From positions 10,072,381 through 10,136,380 of the forward strand of contig CAJINV010000004.1 in NCBI GenBank assembly GCA_905178155.1: a stretch of 64,000 nucleotides of DNA, read 5' to 3'. Below, one piece after another: positions 12,030 through 23,609 of this stretch. Positions within the stretch are counted from its first letter, which is position 1; the number at the start of each line of letters is the position of its first letter. The notes beneath the pieces are model-generated. The model was not told the origin of the DNA, searched no databases, and saw only the letters and a program-made list of their open reading frames with translations. Position numbers and translations under genes: made by a program. The DNA comes from Amoebophrya sp. A120 (taxonomy: Eukaryota; Protista; Dinoflagellata).

Positions 12030-12827
12030 ATGAAGATGAAACCGAAAATAGAGGTCAACGTAATGTTGCCCTTCACGACCTCCGGCTCCGCAAGAAATTC
12101 TGGCAAGTCGCAGCTTCCCGCGTCATGGAACAGTTGTTCTGCGACCACTGGATCATTACAACTCTTGGCGAGTCCCAGCAGCGAAGATGCACCAAAAGAA
12201 GCGACGAGAAGGGTTGCAGCTTCTGTGCACGACGAGGAGCCATTTTCCAGCAAGGCCCAGGCGAGAGCTGCGTTTCGCATTCGATTTCGTTTCAAATCAG
12301 GTCTGCGCTTACTTACCAGCAGCCTGGTCGCGCTTTTTTCTTCGATGACCTCCTTTTCATCGTCAACACCAGCGTGCGCAGTGCGGCTGACGTCTGTGGC
12401 TTTTCCGGCTAGAAGCAGAGAAGGTGCTACTAATAGGCCAACAAGCGTTGTTGCTGAGCCAAATACGGCCTCAGTGTCCACTTCAACGGCGGAGTATGAT
12501 GGTGAATCGTCTATGGACAACATCCTCCCCCAAGAGCCGGACCGGATCCGTCGTGTTGATGCCCCTTCCACCGCAGCTACGTCCTCCCAGCACCAGGGTA
12601 GGGAATTACCGAGGAAAAAAACAAATCACGTGATATCCGCGCGCGCCCTGCGGGTCGCGCTGCAGCACCTGCGGTCGGCGCCCTTGGCGAAGGAAAGACG
12701 AGCAGCTTTGGCTAAGTGTGAAGAAGCCATCCGGAAAGCGGGCGGGAACAAGTTCCGGGATCGCGAGGTGCTTGAACTTGTCTACCAGACTTTCCATTTC
12801 ATTCGCAGAAATAAAGAGACGCTCTGA
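12030..12827 (+). CDS. Hypothetical Ser-rich protein, possibly a 5' exon of the next gene
   Basis: Long open frame with coding-like composition; ends 35 nt before the next gene's first ATG. Confidence 0.45.
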   Translation: MKMKPKIEVNVMLPFTTSGSARNSGKSQLPASWNSCSATTGSLQLLASPSSEDAPKEATRRVAASVHDEEPFSSKAQARAAFRIRFRFKSGLRLLTSSLVALFSSMTSFSSSTPACAVRLTSVAFPARSREGATNRPTSVVAEPNTASVSTSTAEYDGESSMDNILPQEPDRIRRVDAPSTAATSSQHQGRELPRKKTNHVISARALRVALQHLRSAPLAKERRAALAKCEEAIRKAGGNKFRDREVLELVYQTFHFIRRNKETL

Positions 12828-12861
12828 GTAAATATTTCATTCCGTCTATACGTACTGGCTC

Positions 12862-15800
12862 ATGTGTGAATTGGATGTTTCGCGCCGATGGTGGTATAAA
12901 TATACGTCCCTCCCACAAGAACCAAGACCACAACAGGTATGCCCCCCCTGGGTAATCGAGTACCTATGCAATGCAAAAGCATCGCACTAGTATAAATCGC
13001 ATGACAAATTTCCTCAGCATGAAAAAGAAAATTTCTAATGCGGATTTCCCCTGAGAAAGAAATTTGTAATGCATGAATGCGATTAGTACGAGTACGATAC
13101 TTTTGCACAGGATAGTACCCTCTGATCGCCCATTTGGTATTGAAGCAGAGTCCGGAATTGTTTCAAACCTTCCCATATCAAATGCAAAAGTGTCTGGGTC
13201 TGGAACGTTGGAACTTGTGATGCTAACTTTGTCTTTGGACGACTCTAAAAAAATCTGCATTGCATGACCAGCAAGAGGAGCCACATTTGTGCTACGCGAG
13301 GAGGGCATTTGTCATGCGGAAATGGCATCAGGAAGCTTTCCAAAGAGAAAAATCTGTGATGCTGGGTCATGCATTACAAGCAAAGCATCATGGGTCATGC
13401 CAGAGGACAAGCAGGACAACCCTTCCATTCTTCCAGACCCCGACATTTTTACGTTCGATATCCCAAAAAAGCTCCGGTCGAATTTTCTCTACCTGCTCGA
13501 GGCCATCCGGCTGAACGAGAGAGATTCTTCGATAATCATATGATGATGAACTGCAAGAAAAGTAAAAGTATCGTACTCGTATAAATGCATTACAAATTTC
13601 CTCAGCATGAGAGAGAAAATTTGTAATGCGACTTTACCTCAAGAAAAATATTTGTAATGTTGCAAGTCTTGCATTTATACGATTGCGATACTTTTGCACA
13701 GGATAAATCAAGACCATCCGCAAGTTCCAATGCAGCTCCAATGAGGACGACACAAGTCATTTCACGGGCGGCCGGCAGTTGGTTCCTGTCGTACAACTAC
13801 AGCAGGGTACTAGTGAAGACACCAGGGAGGATGAAGAAATTGCCCTTGAGTATCATCATAATCAGGTGGACGACATCAAGAGGAAGAGCTACAGCATGTT
13901 CCACCAGGACGAGGCCGCCACGCTCTATTCTTCTCCTTCACCGTCAGCGTCACACACCATCAAGCTGCATAATCATTTGAAATTCCATCTGAACGCTTCT
14001 TGTTCGGCCCTCAACCTGCTTCGTGCCGTCCGTGCCAACGCAAATGTTCTGTTCGAGGACTGCTGGTGTTCGGTGAGCAAAGCAGCAGCTTTGAGGGAAA
14101 ATATTAGCGGAGCTGCGCAGCACGACAGCTCGCCGCCGAGCAACCCCCTCCAGTTGCTTGACGGGGCAGGAGGTGGACACGACGAGGAGGGCGCTGCAGC
14201 TGCTGATGTTGTAGTCAGCACACCTCCACAGCAGGTCGGCCAGTCGTCGACCTCTTGTTTTTACTGTCCGCCCGAGAATGTCGGATGGAATCCGAATGGG
14301 TTTTGGTACGCAAAGCCCGATATCAAATGTAAAAGTGTCTGAGTCTGGAAGAATGCATGTTTGTCGTGCTTGTCTGGCATGACTCTATAAATCTGTCATG
14401 CACGTTACCCAAGAGCTCCATTTTTCTGTGATGCAGAAACGCAGTTTGTCATGCAGAATAGGCAACACCTAGAAGCTCAGAAACTTGTCATGCTGAGCCA
14501 GCACTTGTGGCCTCATCATGAGACGCCACCCAGCATCACAAGTTTCCAGACCCAGACATTTTTACACTTGATACCCGATTTCCTTCAACTAATTGAATTG
14601 GCAGGCAGAAGCAGGAGTAGGGGAGCAGGCGTCGCGACTCCTGCTTCCTCTGGTGCTGCTGCACCTTCCGGAAGTAGAACATCGCAAGGTAGAAGTAGCA
14701 GTGGTGGTACGACGACAGCTAGTGACCATCAAGAAGCAGGTTCTACTTTTTTGTCCAGGCTCCGTCAGGAACCAGGGGACGAAGAGCACTGCCGCAAGGC
14801 AGCGGAAGAAGAAGAACGGAATAGAATCAACGTGATCAAAGACATCCTTCAGGAGGAGCAGCAGTTTGCGGAGTTTTCAAAATGCCGGGACCGGCTATGG
14901 CGTTCTCAACTGTTACATTCTCAAGTGTTACATGAATTTGTGATGCAAGAATGGAAAAAGTGAAAGGAGGAAGATTGCGCCTTTTGCAATACAAATTTTG
15001 CGCAGATTTTGGTGCTGTTTAGCCCTTCGCAAATTTGTCATGCGAAGCAGCTTGATCTTGGGGATGGTCATGGTATTTTTGCATGACAAATTAATGTAAC
15101 AGTTGAGAATGTAACGTTTGAGAACGCCATACCGGCTGCGGAAGTATTTGAAGAAAGTAGAGACACACGTGCTCCACAAATTCGTCGAGGCTTTTCACGA
15201 TCATTGCGATTTACCAGGACGTCGGGCACCGCTACCGGCGGCTACTTCTGACATTAAGATTGAGACTTTTTCTTCTACCGCCGCGGAAGATCATGAAGAT
15301 GACTTTGTCATTTTTGACAAACTCTTCGCCCTCGCGACCTTCGCTCCGTTCTACGGGAACTTGGCAGCGCGGCGCGAGCGTACGGGGTTGGATGAGACGG
15401 ACGGGGTGAGGCGCATGGCGATGGTGCTGTACAGCGAGACAACGGAAGCTTCGATGATTGAAGTTGCCCAAAAAGCCACGACCCCTGGCGAAGATCTGGT
15501 CAGTTTCCTGGCCGACCACGCCGGCGGTTCGGGGCAAGAAGTTGTGGTAGGCCAGCACGACAACTCTGACTCGTCGTCAAACGCGGCGAGAGGTCCCCGG
15601 CGTCCGAGCACGACTGCTCAGGTCGTTCGGCCAGTGGACTTGTTCCGAAAGTGGCTGCAAAAGGTGGTTGAAGCAAAACGCGTTGTGGGCTGCGACGACG
15701 TGGGGGCGAGGAAGCCGGACCGGGTTGCAGGACAAATGGATGAGGAAAAGAAGAACACAGCTACTGCAAAAACCACAAGAACCAGTCGTGTACTAGGAAA

Positions 15801-18800
15801 TGAACTTAGTTTGGCCACAGTAGATGTTGCTGAGCAACAGTCCTCCTCTAGTGTGTCTACTTCATCGCCGGAAGGAGAAGACGTTGCTGCACCAGCAGAG
15901 CTGCCGTCGTCTACTGCTCACGGGGAGATTTTCCGCCCAATAAACCCGGCATTCGCATTTTCACCTTCTTCGCCATCAAATAATGCGGACCATTCTCCTT
16001 CTCCTTCTGACATTCGGGCTCGACGCACCTTCGAAGCGGGTAGTCCCCACGGAAAGGACAAAAATGAGGGGGAGATGCGGTCATTCTTATTTGATACCAG
16101 CAAGAGTACTGATGATATCCCGCGATCCCCACCTCCCACGGTTCTTAACCCCGATTTTCTCTCCGCCGCCCTGCGCCAGGATCCGCACCACGTGCAGAGT
16201 CGCTTGCAGGAGTCGCTAGCGCAGTTGAAGCGCGGCTTTCAGGCCGAGATGATGCAGATCAACCGACTTATGGAGTTCTCAAACGTTACATTCTCAACTG
16301 TTGCATGAATTTGTCATGCAAAACTACCATCATCTTCATCATCCACAAGCTCAAGCTGCTTCGCATGACAAATTTGTGAAGGGCTAAACAGCACCTAAAT
16401 CTGCACGGGATTTGTAATGCAATTTTTGCAATCTTCCCCCTTTTGCTTTTGGTTTTGCCATTCTTGCATTACAGATTCATGTAACAGTTGAGAATGTATA
16501 ACGTTTGAGAATGCCATACGACTGGGGCACTGGTTCGGTGTGGTGAAGCGGGAGCAGAGCCTGCTGGACAGCATCGTGGCACGCTGCACGCGGAAAGTGC
16601 GGGAGCTGGTAGATGCAATTGCGGCGGTGAACGAGGAGATAGTGGCTTTTGGGAGAGGGAAACAAGAAAAATACAAAGATGTTGGGACAGCTTCTCCTCC
16701 TTCTCATTCTAAAGCGCAGGAGCAGGTGGACCATGACCCGCATCAATGGGCGAAAATAAAAAACGAAATAACTACATTCGACGAGGAGCTGCATCGACTG
16801 GACCCCAGGCGGTCCTTTTTCCCAATGGGCAGACGGGTAGTGGTTCTCCGCGTTTTCAAACACGAGGTTGAGGCGGAGGTGAAAGTAGGGAGACCACATT
16901 CACGAACAGCAGCTTCTACTTCCTCTCAAGCTCCTCCCCCTGCAAGTACTGCAGCATCACCTCCAACAAGGGGCAGCTCCTCGCAGACCACGCCTGCGAC
17001 CGGCACTACAAGACCCCCAAGCAGCACAGGAACCAGAATAAACGTGGCAGTACAAGAACCGCAGGAGCGGACCGCGGGGACAACCAGTCACACGCCGCCC
17101 TCCACCTCTGACTCTAAAGCGGCGGCGCGCACGCCGAGCGACTTCTTCTTCCATGCTGCGGAAAATTTTGCGGCTGCGCAAGCGCTGCGAATAAACCAAC
17201 AGAGACGTCGTGTCTCGATGACTGGTACTGCTGTAAGTCGTGCTCAGCTGGACCAGGAAGAACAGCGCGGGACGTCGTTGACGCGCTCCCCGAGCTCCTC
17301 GAGCTCCTCTTGTACACCTACTGCGTCAACATCATCATCAGCGCCGTCACCACCGGGGGATTCGGGACTGTTGACTGGCCGATCCTCTACTTCAGTCGAG
17401 AGTGTAGCAAGCGCTTCAGCTTCGACTTCCGAATCATCTTCATTCTCTTCGTCTACCAGAAGTAGTAGTTCAAATTCGGCACCAGAACATCTTGTTCGCG
17501 TCGGCGCTTGCACGGCCCCCGGCGCCAGGGACGGCGGCAGTCAGAGCAGTCACGCCATCAGTCCACAAATCAGCCTCGTCAGGCACGAGGTGGAGCAGTT
17601 TGGCCGCCGCCGCGTCGAAGAGGAAATTGTAGAGCAGGTGACGGACGCGGACGACTCAACATCGTCAACATCTTCTGCCAGTGAAGAAAATGAAGCATCC
17701 GCATCGAGCTCGAGCAGTGGTCTTGTATCCAGGCTGTGGAACGGAGGCTACCTTGGTGGTCATCCCAATTCGCTGTTGTTTCCTAGCCGCACTGTAGAAC
17801 AGCGCCGAGCCCCGGCCGCCCGTCAAGCCGGTCTTCCTGCAGCGCAGCATGCAGCTGGTGCAGCAACATCGGTCGTTGCGATGTCGTCGTCCACCGTGGC
17901 GTCAACAAATCTCGCGCGACCTTGTGAAGAACATGAAGTAGTTCTTTCTGTGTCACGAGAAGCCGGCCCACAAGCTACGTATGACGAACAGTTGGATCTA
18001 CTTCCGAAACAAGATCTCACCACGACTCCAACACGACTCGCGGCACCCCAAATAAGCCAAAGCCAAATGAAGACTCTACTACCCTGCGCAGCAAACCACT
18101 CCTCGGACCACGACCGCCGTGCTCCTTGCACGACCCCTAACCACAAGGACGAGCACACGACCCACCGGCGGTTCTTGGTTGACGACCTGCGCAGAACGAG
18201 GGACATGTATTTGGTGAAGGTTGCCGACCTGCAGAAGCTGCTGTGGACAGCGCACTATGCAATGCAAAAGTATCGTACTCGTAGTAAAAGTAATTGCATT
18301 TATGCATTTACAAATCTCGTTCTCAAGGTAAATCAGCATTACAAATTTAATTCTCAATGCTGGGCCAAGTTGTCATGCAATTTATACTAGTACGATACCT
18401 TTGCAGTTCATACACACAGGAGGTTGCGGTTGCTGAAAAATGTGGAGGAAGGATACAAACGAAGTCGACCACCACTTGCACTTCTGGGGACGACAAATGA
18501 CGTTGCTGCTGGGGCAATGAATGCGGTCGGACGAGGAGATGAACCCGGGGCAACAAATAATCGCTCCTCGCGTCCCGCACGCCGGACTCTTCGTCCCGCC
18601 GAGTTGAAGGTGCAAGTCAGTGCCATCTTGAGCTGGCAACAGACCGGCCTCCAGCTGGCACTGCCCTTTTCCTCATCTTCTTCAAAACGTGTAGACGAGC
18701 AACGTCGCGGGTATAATCCGTATCAGCAAGAGCCTACTTCTACCTTGAGAACCGCGAGCGAGCAGTACGAAATTCATAGGCTTGCCGACGATCTTCACTA

Positions 18801-20968
18801 TGCTGACGTCCGCGAGATGCTCGAGCTCGACATGGCGGATGGTGTGGAAGAGTTGACGAGATCAGTCGGCCTGAAGGAGCTGCTCCGGCAGCGGATGGCG
18901 AATTTCGTCTCCCGCGCCGAGGCGGTGATTGCGGCTATGGCTAGGTTGGAACTATGCATTGCAAAAGTAGCGTACTAGGATAAATTGCATTACAAATTTT
19001 GGCAAGAAGAAAAATGGAATTTGAAATGCTGTTTTACATTAGGAGGAAGATTTGTCATGCGTATTTGCAATTAGTACGAGTGCGATACTTTTGCAAAGCA
19101 TAGGAACGCTTCCGGGACGAGATCGCGTCGGGGGAGTGGCTGGAGTATCAAAAGGAAAAATCCCCCCTCCCAATATCGAAAACGAAATTTGTGATGCTGG
19201 ATTTGAGTACACAAATCAGATTTGTCTTGCTGAAGAGGACTGCAGGCCCGCATCAAGCCGGAGTAAAGAGGTTTTGGCCTAGGCGCTTAGCATGAGAAAC
19301 GTCTGCGCTGTAGGCCAAATAGCACCAGCACCACAATCCGCCTGCATAATGCGGCGGAGCGTGGGGAATTGCCTTCTTGCAAGATAGAGATCATTCGTGG
19401 TCGCAAATCAGCATTGCAAATTTTCTGCGACGTACCTTTTCGATATGGGGAGGGCGGATTTTTCTCCGGGATATGGAGCGGCTACTGGACCCGATCGCGG
19501 CGGGTAAAGTAGGAGCTGTTTCTGTGGACAAGACGAATGTTGATGTTGAGGGCATGACGAGGTGGAAGAAGGGCCGGAGCACGCAGGGCACGCTTATTTC
19601 GCTTTCATCTGAAAAAATGTATACCTATGTCTACCCCCCGGCGCCCGAACTCTTGATCTGGAGAATGTCGAGTGACATTATGCCGAATAACTCTCAAGAA
19701 GAAGAGGCGTTTATTGGCGACAAGCTACTGACGCAGAATTGTACTGGAGAAGATTTCACACGGTTGTGCACTGGGGAGGTACTATCTACTTCCAAAAAAA
19801 ACGACCACAAAGAAGATATCAAGCTACTCCAAAACACGCTGAACCAGCACAAACAGTTGCTGCGCGCCCCGGCCGCGGAATTCGACCACTACTTCCTGAC
19901 GGAAAGCACCGGCGCCGCCTCCTGGGCCGCGGGCCTGACCGATTTGGTCGGGAAATGTTTGAGACGGTGGTCCCGGCTTCTGAAGGGTATCGACAACGCA
20001 CGGCTGACCAGGTTGAAAATCCTCCCCGGAGATGCAGTTGTTCTCGCGGATTTCTACGATCCGAAAAAAGTCTTTGGGTCTTCAGGGGACAAGAAGAAAA
20101 ACAAGTATATCACCGGCCGTGTGCCTGGTGTCCCTGTCTCGTCGCCAAGTACAACATCAACAGCGTCATCTCCCTCATCGTCGTTCTGGGAAATAGATGA
20201 ACAGCCCGACGAGGAGGAAGACTCAACAGGAAAAACTACTGCGGAAACACGAGCAAAGGATAAAAAGGATTCCTGCAGGGCGAGACTAGAAAAGGAGATC
20301 GAACAAAGGCAAAGTGCGGTCAGTTCCTTTACTATGGGTATGGGAACATCAGACAACGCGATGAACTTGGTAGAGGAAGGGAGCACCATCAAGTTACTTC
20401 GCATGAGAACCCAGTTGGAGAAGTTGCAGGCTTCCAATTTGCGAGTGGGGCGCGTATTGCGTATTCAGCGAGCAGCAGGAGGAGCTGGTGCAGAAACTTC
20501 GACGCCCTATGCGAGCGGTGCTGTTAAGGCAGAGAGTAAAACGAATTTGCTTAGGGCTACAAATACCGCTCTGCCATTTGTTCAAGGCGAATATGAAGAA
20601 ACATCAAACGACATACTTTATGTGAGTTTTGATTCGAGCAACACGGAAATTTTCTCCCTCCCTCGCTACTGCTGGAGCCGGGCTGTCACGTCAGCTGCAA
20701 GCGAGGTATCCTGTGCAAAAGTATCGTACTCGTAGTAGTTGCAGTCATGCATTACAAACCTCGTTCCCAACGCAAATCAGCATGACAAATTCCATTTGTC
20801 ACGGTGAGCGAATTTGAATTTGTGTTGCAATTACTACTAGTGCGATGCTTTTGCAGTTCATACGAGGCGCTAGCTGATAACGAAAGCAGGCTGGCGAACT
20901 TGAAGCGGCGGCGGGAAATGAGCGGCGAGGAGATGGGCCGGGCGCTGGCAGGGGAAAGATTCGTCTAG
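12862..20968 (+). CDS. Large hypothetical protein (~1,974 aa from this ATG), Ser-rich with helical blocks, 10 introner introns
   Basis: All ten junctions are in frame after removing the element plus one DR (e.g. KPD|FLQ, RDR|LRK, INR|LGH, TAH|RRL, WLE|RLL, ASE|ALA); spliced length 5925 nt; TAG at 20966-20968. Confidence 0.8.
12965..13114. mobile_element. Introner family B
   Basis: B-type TIRs; DR GTACC. Confidence 0.92.
13176..13460. mobile_element. Introner family A
   Basis: DR TCCCA; interior is the reverse complement of the 32218-32479 type. Confidence 0.92.
13539..13705. mobile_element. Introner family B
   Basis: DR AATCA; left TIR carries small duplications. Confidence 0.88.
14321..14573. 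mobile_element. Introner family A
   Basis: DR CCCGA; close copy of 2687-2938. Confidence 0.93.
14896..15131. mobile_element. Introner family C
   Basis: TATGGCGTTCTCAACTGTTACATTCTCAA / TTGAGAATGTAACGTTTGAGAACGCCATA; DR CCGGC. Confidence 0.93.
16269..16518. mobile_element. Introner family C (opposite orientation to 14896)
   Basis: C-type TIRs; DR CGACT; interior reverse-complemented. Confidence 0.93.
18256..18412. mobile_element. Introner family B
   Basis: DR CGCAC/CACAC. Confidence 0.9.
18953..19102. mobile_element. Introner family B
   Basis: DR GGAAC; similar to 38481 and 46846. Confidence 0.92.
19146..19473. mobile_element. Introner family D
   Basis: TATCAAAAGGAAAAATCCCCCCTCCCAATATCG / CGATATGGGGAGGGCGGATTTTTCTCCGGGATA; DR TGGAG. 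Confidence 0.92.
20707..20862. mobile_element. Introner family B
   Basis: DR CGAGG. Confidence 0.92.
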
Positions 20969-22103
20969 GAGAGGGACAATTGATGAAGAAGTAGAATCGA
21001 GGGCGACGATGTTGAAGTAGTCGATGTGAGTTTTATTACGCCCCATGGTGCCACCCGAGGACATAATTGAGATCCTCATGTAATTATTCTAATTTGGGAA
21101 TACAACAGAAAGAGAAACAAAAAGAAACCATTCCCCTCGATGGTACAACGACACGGGGATTTTGAGGCAATCACGAATTTTGGTATACAAAGATCTAGAT
21201 CATAACGACGTAGAGCAGCTAAGTAAATCATTCGTGCAAGTTTTGAGATGCCAGCACTTGAGTATTTAAAATGAATTTGAACCATGATCGTGCCTCCTTC
21301 TGCACCGTCGCAGTATGTTGAGGTTTTCTAGGCTGTAGGTGGTGTCACCGTTGTTAAAACACGATCTATCGTTGTACGTGTGCCAACAGCTCCATATATT
21401 TTTTGCAAAAGCTTGTTTGCGCTTGCCCTGCTTCGAGCCTTATTTGCTTTCAAAATGCACGCAGACACAGAATGACGCCTCGTCTTGGGAAGACGAGGGG
21501 CCTGAACGAGTGATCCATGAAAAGTACTTCTGGTGGACTTGTTTAGTTTCACTACTTCACTTCCTTCGTTCTCGTGCTAGCTCCGGAATAAATTGCAGAG
21601 CGTTAATATGATGTAGTGCGAGAGACTTCTGACGAGTTGTAGATATAACTCGCGTTATCAAAAATACCAGCTTGAGTGATAGGCATCGTGATCTTCACGG
21701 AGAGGTAGAAGGCATCGTGATTTTCACAGAGAGGAAGGTTTGTGGAGTTGGAGTTGGCAAGCTATAGCTTGTGGTAAGTCAACGACCTGGTTTTTGTCGA
21801 ACTCAAGCGTAGACATCATAGTTTTTAGACGAATATAGAATAAACTCGACATAATTCACATTGCACCACCTACCACCACTGTTGACCTTGCTGTTCTTCA
21901 TCTGGATATCAATATCGTCTTGACCTTGCTGGTCATCTGTAGCTAAATCAATATCGTTCTTCTAGTAGTGCGTCCGCTGGCTCGTTGCACACTAAAATCA
22001 AAATAAAACAACAAAGTCCTCCAGAAGTCCGCACCGTCGTCGTGGAAAAAGAGATAAGACTCGTCTAGTATACACGACATCAACTCGTGGGAACTGCAAC
22101 AAG

Positions 22104-23009
22104 ATGAGTTCCGAAGTCGAGGAAGAGGAGGACGAGGTCGAAGAAAGCCTGGAGCAGGCGAACTTGGGCGTAATCCCGAAGCACTCACAATTGCCGGATG
22201 AACGGGAGACCGCGCTCAACACGCCGAACATCCCCGCGCCGGCATCGACCGACTTTTCGGAGGCCACCAGCCGCGCGCCCACCGGGACGCTCAGCGTCAA
22301 TCTCACGCAGAAGTCGTCCGTGCAAGACAGCGCGCCACCGGAAACGGAGGTACAGAGCGACGACGGCCCAGAACAGGACGAGAAAACAGTACTACAGTGT
22401 GATTTTTATCGACTTCGCTCGTAACGCTAGAAGTACAGCGACAGCGTTCTTGACACGTAGCACAGTAGTTTCTTATGCACGCTTCGCAAAGAATTGGAGA
22501 ATTGACTTTGATTTTTAAGAAAAGAAAATTACGACATTTCAGCTCGACGAAGAGGAAGATTTCGACGATGAGCACGATCCGAACGAATCTGCCTCCCAGG
22601 CCAGTGCCCACATTCCGGAAACGGATGCGTCGAGCGCGCAGATTCAAACCGCATCGCAGTTGTCCCAATCTCAGTCCCAGTCCCAGTCACAGTATGCATT
22701 TGCAAAAGCATCGTACTAAGTAGCACACATTGGAATTACAATTATTGCACCATGTTACTAAATTGTTCAGAAAGAACCAACACAAAGCTTCCACGACTCT
22801 ACTCATGGAGATCCAGCGAAAAAAAAAACTACAACTTAATTTACTTTGTCATGTAATGCTGCAAAGGGAACAAGCGACGCGAGTCCAAGTGCGATACTTT
22901 TGCAATGGATACGTAGTCGCAAAGCCCGTCGGAAATGCAGAAGGGAACGGAATACAAATTTAACTTGCCGATGGATGACGAGGAGGAGGAGTACGAGCTA
23001 AGAAACTGA
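22104..23009 (+). CDS. Small acidic low-complexity protein (~181 aa)
   Basis: Exons 22104-22388, 22525-22692 and 22917-23009; one probable GT-AG intron (22389-22524) and one introner; spliced length 546 nt. Confidence 0.65.
22693..22911. mobile_element. Introner family B (diverged)
   Basis: TATGCATTTGCAAAAGCATCGTACT / AGTGCGATACTTTTGCAATGGATA; DR CACAG/CGTAG; join SQ|SQSP. Confidence 0.8.
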
Positions 23010-23609
23010 AAAATTATGGATTCGCATGCCTGTGGCCGCCCACGGCATCCAGGAAATAAAAAATCAATATGAAATCGTGCCTTTATCTCCATAGAAGAAC
23101 TGAGCGCAACTCTTTTATGTTGTAATCGAATCGCCCACGACCATTTTTCACATCAGCCAGAGTCATCTACACTACTCATTCCCATTCGATGAACACCTTT
23201 TTAACGTAGCTAGTAACAGTAGGCACGGACACGATCAATGTGTAGTTCTAGAAGTTTGTTGTGGGCGGCTCTTTGGCCAATTTTGTAGTTTTCCCCGGGA
23301 TAGCTAGAAGACGACTACGAAGAAGAAGATTACGAGGACGATGAAGACTTCGACGACAGTGACGAGGGAAGCGATCACGGTATAATCAGCTATTTGTACT
23401 TACATAGGCTAGAATCTGCTTGATTATATTTTTGACGTTCATTTTCGTTGGATTTGTGCTGATGGTGATGTGTTGTGGAAGTCGCTTCTGATACAGACGT
23501 ACGTTGTGGCAGTTTCTATCTGCTTTCTGGCCCTCTACGTCTCGTGCTTTGCGCTGCGGAAAGCTCTTCTTGAGAAGCAATCTTGGGCGCTCTTCTTGAG
23601 AACCAATCT

